The position numbers were made by a program, and so were the translations under genes. This document shows, one piece after another, positions 41,977 to 51,090 of a stretch of DNA of 64,000 nt (the stretch's first letter is position 1; every line of letters starts with the position of its first letter). The stretch spans positions 1,408,001 to 1,472,000 of the forward strand of contig OZ243956.1 of NCBI GenBank assembly GCA_965214405.1. The letters run 5' to 3'. The stretch comes from Trueperaceae bacterium. Its GTDB lineage: Bacteria; Deinococcota; Deinococci; Deinococcales; Trueperaceae. The notes under the pieces are model-generated. The model saw nothing but the letters and a program-made list of their open reading frames with translations, was not told the DNA's origin and did no database searches.

Positions 41977-42939
41977 TTACGTCCACCAAGCCTCCCCCGC
42001 GCTCTCTGTGAGAATGGCACCTTGCAACACCTCCACCGCCTTGCGTAAGCCCTCCTCGGGCGAGGCCAGCGCGTCTTCGTGCTCGATGGACACGGCCCCG
42101 TCGTAGCCCACCGTACGCAACGCCGAGATGATGTGCTTCCACTCGAGCGCGCCGTGCCCGTAACCGACCGACCGAAACATCCAGGCGCGTTTGGCGGTCT
42201 CACCATAAGGCGTCGTGTCGAGCACGCCCTTGATGGGCAAATTGACCGGGTCCAAATAGGTATCTTTGGCGTGAAAATGGTAGATGGTCTCACCGAGGTA
42301 GCGAATCGCCCGCACGATATCGACGCCCTGCCAGAAGAGGTGGCTCGGGTCGAAGTTGCAGCCTAAGTTGTTGCGGGTTTCGCCGCGCAGGTAGAGGATA
42401 TGTTCGGGGTTGTACACGACAAAACCGGGGTGCATCTCGAGCGCGACCCGAACCCCGTGGCTTTCGGCAAATTCGGCCTCGCGTTGCCAGTAAGGAATCA
42501 CCCGCTCGCGCCACTGCCACTCGAGCGAGTCCGCGTGGTCCGTCGGCCAGGCGCAGACGTGCCAGTTGGGAACTTTATCGTCTGGCCCACCGCCGGGGAG
42601 GCCCGAGAAGGTCACCACCGTGTCGACGCCGAGTTTTTGGGCGAGCTTGACCGTGTTCGTCCAGGCGTCGTGGTGGGCGTTCGCCACCTTCTTGTCGGGG
42701 TGCAGCGGGTTGCCGTGGCAGGACAGGGCCGAGAGGCTGAGCCCTCGAGCGTCGAACGCCTCCTTGAATGCTCTCAATTCTTTGTCATTCTCGAGCAGTT
42801 TTGCGGGGTCGGCGTGGCTGTTCCCCACATAACCCCCCGTCGCCACTTCGACCGTTTGCAGGCCCCAACCGACAAACTTGTCGAGCATGTCTTCCAGGGC
42901 TAAATTTCCGAACAGGGGGTCGAACGCGCCGAGCTTCAT
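41977..42939 (-). CDS. Sugar phosphate isomerase/epimerase (xylose-isomerase-like TIM barrel)
   Basis: LSCHGNPLHP, LEMHPG, NFDPSHLFWQG, HFHAKD and GYDGAVSIEHED motifs. Confidence 0.9.
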   Translation of the reverse strand: MKLGAFDPLFGNLALEDMLDKFVGWGLQTVEVATGGYVGNSHADPAKLLENDKELRAFKEAFDARGLSLSALSCHGNPLHPDKKVANAHHDAWTNTVKLAQKLGVDTVVTFSGLPGGGPDDKVPNWHVCAWPTDHADSLEWQWRERVIPYWQREAEFAESHGVRVALEMHPGFVVYNPEHILYLRGETRNNLGCNFDPSHLFWQGVDIVRAIRYLGETIYHFHAKDTYLDPVNLPIKGVLDTTPYGETAKRAWMFRSVGYGHGALEWKHIISALRTVGYDGAVSIEHEDALASPEEGLRKAVEVLQGAILTESAGEAWWT

Positions 42940-43011
42940 GGGTGTCCTCCAAGTAGATTGGCCTCGAGAGCCGTTGACTTATGACCGTTGAGTATTAGAA
43001 AAAGCCGACAG

Positions 43012-44031
43012 CTAAAGCTCGATAGCGACTTTTTCTCCCCTTTCCGAACTTTCCACGGCTCCATAAACCATTGCCAGACTCTTGATGTTGTCCGTGCAGA
43101 CCGTTTCGGGGGTAGTGCCGTTGTTAAGACTCTCGACGAAGCTCCGAATCACCGCCGCATGACGTTCCGGGCGCTCCCTTACTTCAGGGTAGTCGGGAAT
43201 GGGGACGGTTTTGTACTCGCGTAAAAAGCCGTTGCCGTCATCTGCAAGAGTTTCGCAGCGCATGTCCGCGTCGCCGTCCCACAGAATCGACCCTTTAGTG
43301 CCGATGATGCGCCACGCGCTTTCCCAAGGGGTGCGAAAGCCTTCCGCGCACCAACTGCCGCGGTAGCTGAACATCACGCCGCCGGTCATGCTGAATAGAG
43401 CGTGGGCGGCGGCGTCTTGGGCGTACCAGGAGCCTTTGGGGTTCCACTCCGCGGCGTAGACGCTTCTGGCGTCCTCCTCGGTCAAAAAGCGCGCCGCGTC
43501 GAAGGTGTGAATCGCCATGTCTTTGAGCAAGACGTGCGCCATCTCCTCCCGAAAGCCGCCGAAGTGCGCGCCGATGTAAAAATCCGCGTTGACGCCCGTG
43601 AGCGTGCCGATGGGTTTCGTATTCAAAAATCTTTTGAGCCGCCGGATGTTGTGGGTGTAGCGCCAGTTCTGCATGACGACGAAGAGCTTGTCCGCCTCCT
43701 GCGCCTTTTGAATCATGAGCCGTCCCTGCTCGAGCGTGTCCGCCATCGGCTTTTCCCCCAACACGTGACAGCCGTGCTCGAGCGCCGTCGTCACCACCCC
43801 GAAATGCGCAGCGGGAACCGTGCAGTCGAAGACGACGTCGGGCGCGGTCGGCATGAGCATCTCAGCTAAGTTCGTGCCCACACGCGCGTCGGGGGCGTAC
43901 TCCGCGCGGCGTTTTTCGGCGTTGGGCTCGAGCAAATCCACCAGGCCCACAAGCTCCAAGTCCGGGGTGTCCGCCACACCCTTGAACCACTCCCGGCTGA
44001 TGGCGCCACAGCCGACCAACACGGCTTTCAC
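43012..44031 (-). CDS. Gfo/Idh/MocA family oxidoreductase
   Basis: VGCGAIS, HVLGEKPMA and DMAIHTFD motifs. Confidence 0.9.
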   Translation of the reverse strand: MKAVLVGCGAISREWFKGVADTPDLELVGLVDLLEPNAEKRRAEYAPDARVGTNLAEMLMPTAPDVVFDCTVPAAHFGVVTTALEHGCHVLGEKPMADTLEQGRLMIQKAQEADKLFVVMQNWRYTHNIRRLKRFLNTKPIGTLTGVNADFYIGAHFGGFREEMAHVLLKDMAIHTFDAARFLTEEDARSVYAAEWNPKGSWYAQDAAAHALFSMTGGVMFSYRGSWCAEGFRTPWESAWRIIGTKGSILWDGDADMRCETLADDGNGFLREYKTVPIPDYPEVRERPERHAAVIRSFVESLNNGTTPETVCTDNIKSLAMVYGAVESSERGEKVAIEL

Positions 44032-44062
44032 GAAAGGTACACCCTGATAAGTCTGAGCATCA

Positions 44063-44884
44063 TTACTTCACACCTCCTGCGGTTAGTCCGGACACCACGT
44101 AGCGCTGAGCGAAAAGGAAAATCACGAGGGGCGGCAGCATCGCCAAGGTCGAAAACGCCATGACCGCCGCCCAGTCGGTCACGTTCGAGCCAATAAAGGC
44201 CCACAACCCCGCCGTCACGGGCCGGTACTTGTCGCTGCTGGTCATCGTCAGCGCGAACACGAGGTCGTTCCAGCCGAAAAGAAACGTGAAGATAGCCGCG
44301 GTGGCGATGCCGGGCACCGCCAGCGGCAGCATCACCCGCACGAACGCGCCCCAGACGGTGCAGCCGTCTATCTTGGCGGCCTCGGTCAGTTGGGGCGGGA
44401 GCGACAAAAAGAAAGGCCGCAGCACCACCAGCGCGAAAGGCAGCGCCAGCGCGGTGTTGCCGATAATGAGCCCCGTGTACGAGTCGAGCAGCCCCAAGCG
44501 GCTAAAAATCACAAAAAGCGGCGTCGCCAGCATGATGACCGGGAACATTAGGGAGCTCAAGCTGATAAGAATAAACGCCCACTTCCCCCGGATGGGCAGG
44601 TGCGCCAGCCCGTAAGCCGCGGGCGTCGCCAGCACGAGGGTGAGGAGCGTCGTCCCGACGCCGACGATAAGGGAGTTTAAGAAGTAGCGCGGGATGGCCG
44701 GGTTGTTAAAAATACGCGCGTTCCAGGCGGCGAGGTCGATACTCGAGGGCACAAACGCGGGCGGGTTGGCGAAAATCTCAGTCTGCGGTTTGACCGACGT
44801 GACCGCCATCCAGTAAATAGGGAACAAAAAAAGGGCGAGAAAGAGAACGCTGAGAATCGTTGAGACGTATCCGCGGCGCTTCAC
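44063..44884 (-). CDS. Carbohydrate ABC transporter permease
   Basis: EAAKIDGC, GWNDL and GLTAGGVK motifs. Confidence 0.92.
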   Translation of the reverse strand: MKRRGYVSTILSVLFLALFLFPIYWMAVTSVKPQTEIFANPPAFVPSSIDLAAWNARIFNNPAIPRYFLNSLIVGVGTTLLTLVLATPAAYGLAHLPIRGKWAFILISLSSLMFPVIMLATPLFVIFSRLGLLDSYTGLIIGNTALALPFALVVLRPFFLSLPPQLTEAAKIDGCTVWGAFVRVMLPLAVPGIATAAIFTFLFGWNDLVFALTMTSSDKYRPVTAGLWAFIGSNVTDWAAVMAFSTLAMLPPLVIFLFAQRYVVSGLTAGGVK

Positions 44885-45822
44885 CCGTTCGCCTCCTCAT
44901 AGCGCAAGTTCCACAAATAAAGGAGCGACACGACGAACAGCACCGCGAAGAGCGTGTTTAGAATCGCCGCGCCGGTCCCGAACAAAAACTGGTTAAAAAT
45001 CTGCTGGAAGGCGAGCGTCGAGATGACGTGCGTCGCGTTGAAGGGTCCCCCCTGCGTCGTAACCCAGATAACGTCAAAAACCTTGAAGGTGTAAATCAGC
45101 CCGAGGAGCAGCGTGGCGACCAGCGCCGGGCGCAAGAGCGGCAGCGTTACGCTCCTAAACTTGGCCCAGCCCGACGCGCCGTCAATCTCCGCCGCCTCGT
45201 AAAGCTCTTCGGGGATGCCCTGAAGACCTGCCAGGAGCAAGGCCATATTAAAAGGAATCCCGAGCCAGATGTTAATCACAATCACCGCGGGTAGCGCAAA
45301 GTTTAGGTCGGCCAGCCAGTAGATGTTTTGTTCGATGAGTCCCAGCGTCTCGAGGAGCCAGTTAATCACCCCGACCTGCCCGTCAAAAAGCCAGCGAAAC
45401 ACGATGCCCACCACCACCACGGGAATCGTCCAGGCGATGAGGTAGAGCCCGCGCATCGACCTGCTCCCCGGAAAGGGCCGGTTGTAGAATACGGCGAGCG
45501 CCAGCCCTATGCCAAGCTGAAACACGACGGAAAAGAGCGTGAAAAGGAGCGTTTGCCGCACCGCTTGGAGGTAGAGCGGAGTGCTAAAGATCGCCCGGTA
45601 GTTTTCCCACCCCACCCAGGGCGCGTCGCCGCGGAGCAAGTTGACGGCCCTAAGGTCCTGGAAAGAAATCCGAAAGTTAAAGGCGATGGGGTAGGCGATG
45701 AAAAGAACTAAGAAGAGCGTGGCGGGCAGCATAAACGAGTAGTTCACGAGCGAACGCCGGAGCCCCGCCCACCTTGCTGGCGAGCGGGACGCAGGCGCAT
45801 GGGTTAGCTTACGCGTGCTCAT
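44881..45822 (-). CDS. Carbohydrate ABC transporter permease
   Basis: WVGWENY, ELYEAAEIDGA and TQGGP motifs. Confidence 0.92.
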   Translation of the reverse strand: MSTRKLTHAPASRSPARWAGLRRSLVNYSFMLPATLFLVLFIAYPIAFNFRISFQDLRAVNLLRGDAPWVGWENYRAIFSTPLYLQAVRQTLLFTLFSVVFQLGIGLALAVFYNRPFPGSRSMRGLYLIAWTIPVVVVGIVFRWLFDGQVGVINWLLETLGLIEQNIYWLADLNFALPAVIVINIWLGIPFNMALLLAGLQGIPEELYEAAEIDGASGWAKFRSVTLPLLRPALVATLLLGLIYTFKVFDVIWVTTQGGPFNATHVISTLAFQQIFNQFLFGTGAAILNTLFAVLFVVSLLYLWNLRYEEANG

Positions 45823-45884
45823 CTATGGTGCCCCCTGGGGGCGGGACAAGCCCCGCCCGCGAAGCTCCTCCAATAATTGCTCTG

Positions 45885-45914
45885 ACTACTCCGACAACCA
45901 CTACTCCGACAACA
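45885..45914. repeat. 15-bp tandem duplication of the SBP gene's 3' end, including its stop codon
   Basis: ACTACTCCGACAACC followed by ACTACTCCGACAACA. Confidence 0.85.
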
Positions 45915-47124
45915 AGGGTGCTATCACAGCTGCGGCGTCCGCCGCCGCCTGCTCGGGCGTCCGGCCCCCGACGAGGACGCTCTGCACCATGTTCATGACT
46001 TCTTGCGACATTTGCGGGTAGTTGGGGCCGTAGGCTCGAGGCTTGGCAACCGACACGGCCTCGACAAACTTGGCAATCATCGGGTCAGACGTAAAAATCT
46101 CGGCGTCGGAGAGGTCTGATCGGTTGGTGATAAAGCCCGAGGTCTCGTACATTTTGAGAAGATTCTCGGGCTGCGTCGCCCACTCAATCACGTCCCAGGC
46201 GGCGTCCATGTTGGCTCCTGTGCCAATCGCAAAGTTTTGCCCGCCCAAGATGGACGTGGGCGCGCCGTTGTTGGGCCAAGGCGCGACGTCCCAGGAGAAG
46301 TCGGGGTTGGCCGCGCGGATGCCGGGGAGCTGCCAGGGGCCGTTGATCATCATGGCGCATTTGCCCGCCAAAAACTGGTTGTTGGCGTCGCCCTGGCTCC
46401 ACTGAAGGGCCGCTCGAGGGATGCTGTTGTCTTCATTCATCATGGCGTTGAGCAGCGTGAGCGCTTCCGTATTGGCCTCGCCGCCGACGTTTTGCAGGTC
46501 GCCGCCGTTGCCCCACAGGAAGGGCAAGTAGGTAAACGTTCCCTCTTCGGTCGCAACCAGCGAGAGGCAAAAGCCCGCCTGGTCTCCCTGAGTAAGCGCG
46601 GCGGCCATCTCGCGTAGTTCATCCCAGGTGGCGGGTGGTGTGTCGAACCCGGCTCCTGCCAACAGGTCGGCGTTGTAGTAGAGCGCGGTGGCGTTACTGT
46701 CGAAGGGCACGCCGTAGTTCGCGCCCTGGTAGAGGGTCGAGGCCCAGGGGCCGTCGAAATAAGCGTCTTTGTACTCCCAATCCGCCACGTAGGCGCTGAT
46801 GTCGGCCAGCGCCCCCTGCGCCGCCAGCGACTGGTTGTCGGGGTTGTCGACGATTAAGATGTCGGGCAACGTCCCCGTCGCCGCGCCCTGAATGATGCGC
46901 GCCTTGAGGTCGCCGAAGCCGATGGGCGTGCGCTCGATTTTTACGTCCGGGTGCGCGGCCTCGTAGTCGGCGATCATGTCCGCGACCGCCTGGTTCAAGT
47001 TGTCGGTACTAAAGTAGTCCCACCAGGTGAGCGTCGTTTGTTGCGCGCTAACGCCTCCCAGCATGAAAAACGTCAAGAGTAAAATGATAAAGCCCGGTGT
47101 TTTCGCAGTTGTTTTCATGCTCAT
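45901..47124 (-). CDS. Sugar ABC transporter substrate-binding protein
   Basis: Signal peptide; LPDI, ALYYNADL, PPATWDEL and AMMINGPW motifs. Confidence 0.92.
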   Translation of the reverse strand: MSMKTTAKTPGFIILLLTFFMLGGVSAQQTTLTWWDYFSTDNLNQAVADMIADYEAAHPDVKIERTPIGFGDLKARIIQGAATGTLPDILIVDNPDNQSLAAQGALADISAYVADWEYKDAYFDGPWASTLYQGANYGVPFDSNATALYYNADLLAGAGFDTPPATWDELREMAAALTQGDQAGFCLSLVATEEGTFTYLPFLWGNGGDLQNVGGEANTEALTLLNAMMNEDNSIPRAALQWSQGDANNQFLAGKCAMMINGPWQLPGIRAANPDFSWDVAPWPNNGAPTSILGGQNFAIGTGANMDAAWDVIEWATQPENLLKMYETSGFITNRSDLSDAEIFTSDPMIAKFVEAVSVAKPRAYGPNYPQMSQEVMNMVQSVLVGGRTPEQAAADAAAVIAPLLSE

Positions 47125-47494
47125 CTCCCTCTAATGGGTTTCCTTTAATGCGTTTATATTCAGCTATGTTCAGCCAACCTCTACTTAAACCTCCAATAAA
47201 CCTCCCCAGCGTGACGTTGAGGTCGTAAAGGAAAACGGTACCGATTCAACCGTCGATTTAACCGAATGTGGCTCGAGCCCCTTCACCTCGCTCTGCTCCA
47301 GTCCTCTCAAAACTTTTTGTAACGGGCTCACCCCAGTGATTTTGACGAGACGCGTGACGCGCTTGTCGCCGAACCGTTTCAGTGGTAACTTGAGCGAGTA
47401 TAAAGTCACATTGGCGCGCATGTCAATTCATTTGCGAATTCTTTGTGGAGGCGTCTCGAGTGGCGACGGTAACATGACAATAATAAAAGCAACG

Positions 47495-47572
47495 ATGAAA
47501 GCAACGACGGAAGACGTGGCAAAACGCGCGGGCGTCTCACTCGGTACCGCCTCCTCCACCCTGAGGCGCTAA
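47495..47572 (+). pseudogene. LacI-family regulator remnant (HTH only)
   Basis: MKATTEDVAKRAGVSLGTASSTLRR* matches the LacI N-terminal HTH (TxxDVAxxAGVSxxTVS) and then stops; divergent from the sugar ABC operon. Confidence 0.8.
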
Positions 47573-47575
47573 CAC

Positions 47576-48757
47576 GTGCTGGCGCGTCTTTACACCTTTC
47601 ACACGAGGATTCGTAGCGGCTCACCCGTGCGGCGCGGGGCGCTCTTCTACGCGCTCTTTTGGGGCGCGGCGGGGGTTTATGACCCCTTTTTGAGCGTCTA
47701 CTTTTCACGTTTGGGATTGGCAGGGCGCGACATCGGGCTGCTGATGGCGCTCGCGCCCTTGGCAACGCTGCTCATGTCGCCGCTCGTGTCTTTTGTGGCG
47801 GATAGGGCGCGCTCGAGGGTGAAGCTCCTGAGTTTATGCCTCCTCGCAACTATTCCTGCGTTTATCGGTCTGTTCCTGGCCCATGATTTTAGAGGCGCGC
47901 TCGTCGGGATGGCGCTCTTTGCCCTTTTTCGAGGCCCCGTCGAGCCGCTGGCCGACTCCCTCGTCGCGCGCATGGCGGTCACCCACCGCTTCGCCTACGG
48001 GCGCGTACGCCTCTGGGGGTCGCTGAGTTTCGCGTCCGTCGCGCTTCTTTTTGGCTTTCTGTGGGAACGTCTCGGCTACGGCCCGATGCTGCTCGTCGCC
48101 GCACTCTTCGCCCTCCCCGCCGCGCTGGCCGCCCTCCTGCTCACCGAACAAGCCGAGAAGGCCGAAGCGCGCCAACCCCTCCAGAAGCTCCTGCGCGACC
48201 CCGTCATCGTCACCCTAACCCTCTGTTCGTTTCTGGCGGGCGGCGCGCTGGTCATGAACGAAACCTTTGCGGGCGTTTATATGGATGAACTGGGCGGCGG
48301 CGCGTTTCTAGTCGGTGCTATCTTCGCTGTAACCGCCCTGGCCGAACTGCCCACGATGCACTACGCCGACGCGCTGGTGGCGCGCTTCTCAGGGCCTAAA
48401 GCGCTCGCCGCGGCCTACGCGCTCATGGGGCTGTCTTTTTTGGGATACGCCTTCATTCGCACCCCCGCCTGGCTCCTCAGCTTGAGCGTCTTGAAGGGCC
48501 TCGGCTTCGGCCTCTTTTTCGTGGCGACGGTGCGCACCGTAGACGCGCGCACGCCGCCGGAGTGGTCGGCAACCGCGCTGAGCGTGGTGTTCGGCGTGGC
48601 GACGCTGGGATTAGCGCGGCTCTTGGGCTCGGGGCTGGCTGGATTCTTGTACGACCTGTCGCCGCAGGTTCTCTTTTTGAGTTGTACCTTTCTCACCTTT
48701 GCCGCGGTGGGCATTTTGCTGGGGGCGCGGGTGGTTTTTGCGCCGCTAAAGAATTGA
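47576..48757 (+). CDS. MFS transporter (MFS_1-like, oligosaccharide/PPP type)
   Basis: About 12 hydrophobic segments; VADR and YGRVRLWGSLSF motifs. Start position uncertain. Confidence 0.85.
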   Translation: MLARLYTFHTRIRSGSPVRRGALFYALFWGAAGVYDPFLSVYFSRLGLAGRDIGLLMALAPLATLLMSPLVSFVADRARSRVKLLSLCLLATIPAFIGLFLAHDFRGALVGMALFALFRGPVEPLADSLVARMAVTHRFAYGRVRLWGSLSFASVALLFGFLWERLGYGPMLLVAALFALPAALAALLLTEQAEKAEARQPLQKLLRDPVIVTLTLCSFLAGGALVMNETFAGVYMDELGGGAFLVGAIFAVTALAELPTMHYADALVARFSGPKALAAAYALMGLSFLGYAFIRTPAWLLSLSVLKGLGFGLFFVATVRTVDARTPPEWSATALSVVFGVATLGLARLLGSGLAGFLYDLSPQVLFLSCTFLTFAAVGILLGARVVFAPLKN

Positions 48758-49112
48758 GCTTGGCTTCTACCCCTTAAAAGTGGGAAGGGTTAGCTGGGTA
48801 AATATATCATTAAGGTTTGTGCAACAGTTGCGCGCAACCGCCGCACAAGGCTGTAGCATCGTTCAGTTCAAGTCTGCCGGTAGTGGCCCGTTTACCCTCC
48901 GCCGCCATGCTCACCGTCTTATCTAGCCGCTTCCGCCGCGTCGCGTCACTCTTTGCGCTCTTAAGCCACCACAGGATGTTCTTTTTGGAGGAGTCAGGAA
49001 AGGCGTCGAAGTTTTCTTTGGCCTTTTTGTTCTTACCGAGCGCCGCTTGCAGGTCGTCCGGCACCTCGAGCCGTTCCACACTGTCGTAAACCGTCCAGGC
49101 TACACTCACTTA

Positions 49113-49969
49113 GAGCCTGTCTGAGAAAAGGCCTATCAGCTAAGTTGTAGGTCAAGATAGGTTTGTGAAGAACTATCAGATATACCCAACAGACCTAACT
49201 GATAAGCAGTGGCAGTGTGTCAAAGAACTCATACCCGCAAGAAAGCGAAGGGGACGCCCGAGAGAACTGGATATACGCTTGGTCGTCAACGCTATTATTT
49301 ACGTTGTTGTAAGCGGGATTCAGTGGCGCATGTTGCCGCAGGACTACCCTAAGTGGAAGTCGGTGTACCACTACTTCCGACAATGGCGGGACACAAAGGT
49401 GTGGCAGAGAATACATGAGCGCTTGCGAGCGAAAGTGCGTCAGCAAGCAGGACGACATAAACACGCAACAGCAGGCTGTCTGGATTCCCAAAGCGTAAAA
49501 ACAACAGAACGTTCATCTGAACGCGGCTTTGACGCAGGCAAGCTTGTCAAAGGCAGAAAGCGACACGTTTTAGTCGATACGATGGGTTTGATCCTGGCTG
49601 TGGTGGTGACATCGGCAAACATACAAGATCGTGATGGTGCTCGCTTAGTTCTGGCTCAGTTGAGTGGAGCTTGTAAAAAGCTGCGCCTCATCTGGGTTGA
49701 CGGCAGTTACCGCGGGAAGCTGCTTGATTGGGTGCTTGGTACGTTTCGTTTTAGGTTACAGCCTGTACTACGCCCCAACGGTCACAAAGGCTTTGTACTT
49801 TTACCTCGCCGCTGGGTCGTCGAGAGAACCTTTGCCTGGTTGGGCCGCTGTCGTCGCTTGAGTAAAGACTATGAAGGTTTAGCTGCCAGCTCTGAAGCCT
49901 TTATCCACATTGCCATGATTCGCATCATGCTCAGGAGGCTGGCCTAAACCCTAATTCTCAGACAGGTTC
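49113..49969 (+). mobile_element. IS5 family element (IS1031-like group)
   Basis: 15-bp inverted repeats GAGCCTGTCTGAGAA / TTCTCAGACAGGTTC (one mismatch) and a 3-bp TTA duplication (49110-49112, 49970-49972). Confidence 0.92.
49165..49947 (+). CDS. IS5 family transposase
   Basis: [39 protein letters not shown] and [11 protein letters not shown] motifs. Confidence 0.95.
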   Translation: MKNYQIYPTDLTDKQWQCVKELIPARKRRGRPRELDIRLVVNAIIYVVVSGIQWRMLPQDYPKWKSVYHYFRQWRDTKVWQRIHERLRAKVRQQAGRHKHATAGCLDSQSVKTTERSSERGFDAGKLVKGRKRHVLVDTMGLILAVVVTSANIQDRDGARLVLAQLSGACKKLRLIWVDGSYRGKLLDWVLGTFRFRLQPVLRPNGHKGFVLLPRRWVVERTFAWLGRCRRLSKDYEGLAASSEAFIHIAMIRIMLRRLA

Positions 49970-50319
49970 TTAGACTTCTCGATGACGGCCAGCCCCGCCT
50001 CGGCCATCAAGCCCTTTTTCTCCAGCGCCTCAACGTAGGTTTTGTTCAGTTTCGACCAAGGGGCTTTGAGGTCCCGCGGTGAAAAGTGCCGCTCGAAACG
50101 CTCATCATCAAGCTTGTTGGGCCGACTGTCTATCCAGCCGAAGCAGAGCGCTTCTTTGACGCTGTCTTCGTAGCTGACAACGGGCTTGCCTGTGTCTTTC
50201 TTGTAATACACGAGCCGAACGCCGTCTGAAGTGCCTTGATTCTTCTCTAGCCAGTTACGCCACTCGGCGCGCGTTTTGGGGTGGACGCGAGTCCTCTTTG
50301 GCTCTGCCATGCTTACAAA

Positions 50320-51039
50320 CTACCAGGGCAGCGGCTCACCGTCGCGGTAAAAGCCGCCGGTAGGTCCGTCTTTGTCCAGGGTCGCCGCCCACACCACACT
50401 CAAAGCACCCTCAAGCACCGGCCGCGCGCCCATCTCTTCCATGCCGGGTGCGGTCGCGGTTAAGCCGGGGTCTACCGAGTTCACCAAGATACCCGCCTCT
50501 TTGAGTTCAACGGCGAACTTCACGGTAAGCGCGTTGAGGGCGGCTTTGGAGACGCCGTAGCTGGCGGTGGTCGGACTCGTAGCAAGCCCAAACTGAGCTT
50601 CCCCGTGCGAGCCCGCGCCGCTGGCGACGTTCACGATGCGCGCGTGGTCACTCTTCTTAAGAAGCGGCAAGAACGCCTGAACCGTACGCCAAGGGCCGAA
50701 GAGGTTGGTGTCCATCACGTCTCGTGAGTGTTCCAAGTCCGCGCCGCTCGCCGTTTCCGACCAGTCCGCGTAGGCAGCGGCATTGTTAATCAAAACATCG
50801 AGCTTGCCTTGCTCACTTTCCACTTTGTCAGCCGCTTCTTTCACGCTCTTCATGTCAGCAACGTCGAGTTGAAGAAACCCGACCTCGAGCCCCTCATCAG
50901 CAAGCTCTTGAGCCGCCGCCCGTCCTTTGTCCTCGCCTCGAGCGGTGAGGATGACCGCCATACCTTGTTCGGCGAGTTGACGGACAACTTCAAGTCCGAT
51001 ACCGTGGCTTGCACCCGTTACTAAGGCAATGTCAGACAT
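50320..51039 (-). CDS. SDR family oxidoreductase (carbonyl-reductase-like)
   Basis: TGASHGIG, LINNA, YGVSK and VDPG motifs. Confidence 0.92.
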   Translation of the reverse strand: MSDIALVTGASHGIGLEVVRQLAEQGMAVILTARGEDKGRAAAQELADEGLEVGFLQLDVADMKSVKEAADKVESEQGKLDVLINNAAAYADWSETASGADLEHSRDVMDTNLFGPWRTVQAFLPLLKKSDHARIVNVASGAGSHGEAQFGLATSPTTASYGVSKAALNALTVKFAVELKEAGILVNSVDPGLTATAPGMEEMGARPVLEGALSVVWAATLDKDGPTGGFYRDGEPLPW

Positions 51040-51090
51040 GTCGTGTTCCTTTCAAGATGAAATGTAAAGTTTTTCTAAGGGGATGCGGGA

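Larger units (their letters stand above)
48810..50310 (-). pseudogene. YdeI/OmpD-associated family gene interrupted by an IS5 element
   Basis: N-half (EWRNWL..ALCFGWIDS..WSKLNK) at about 49970-50310 and C-half (VPDDLQAAL..WLKSAK..TRRKRL) at 48810-49109 lie either side of the IS. Confidence 0.88.
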
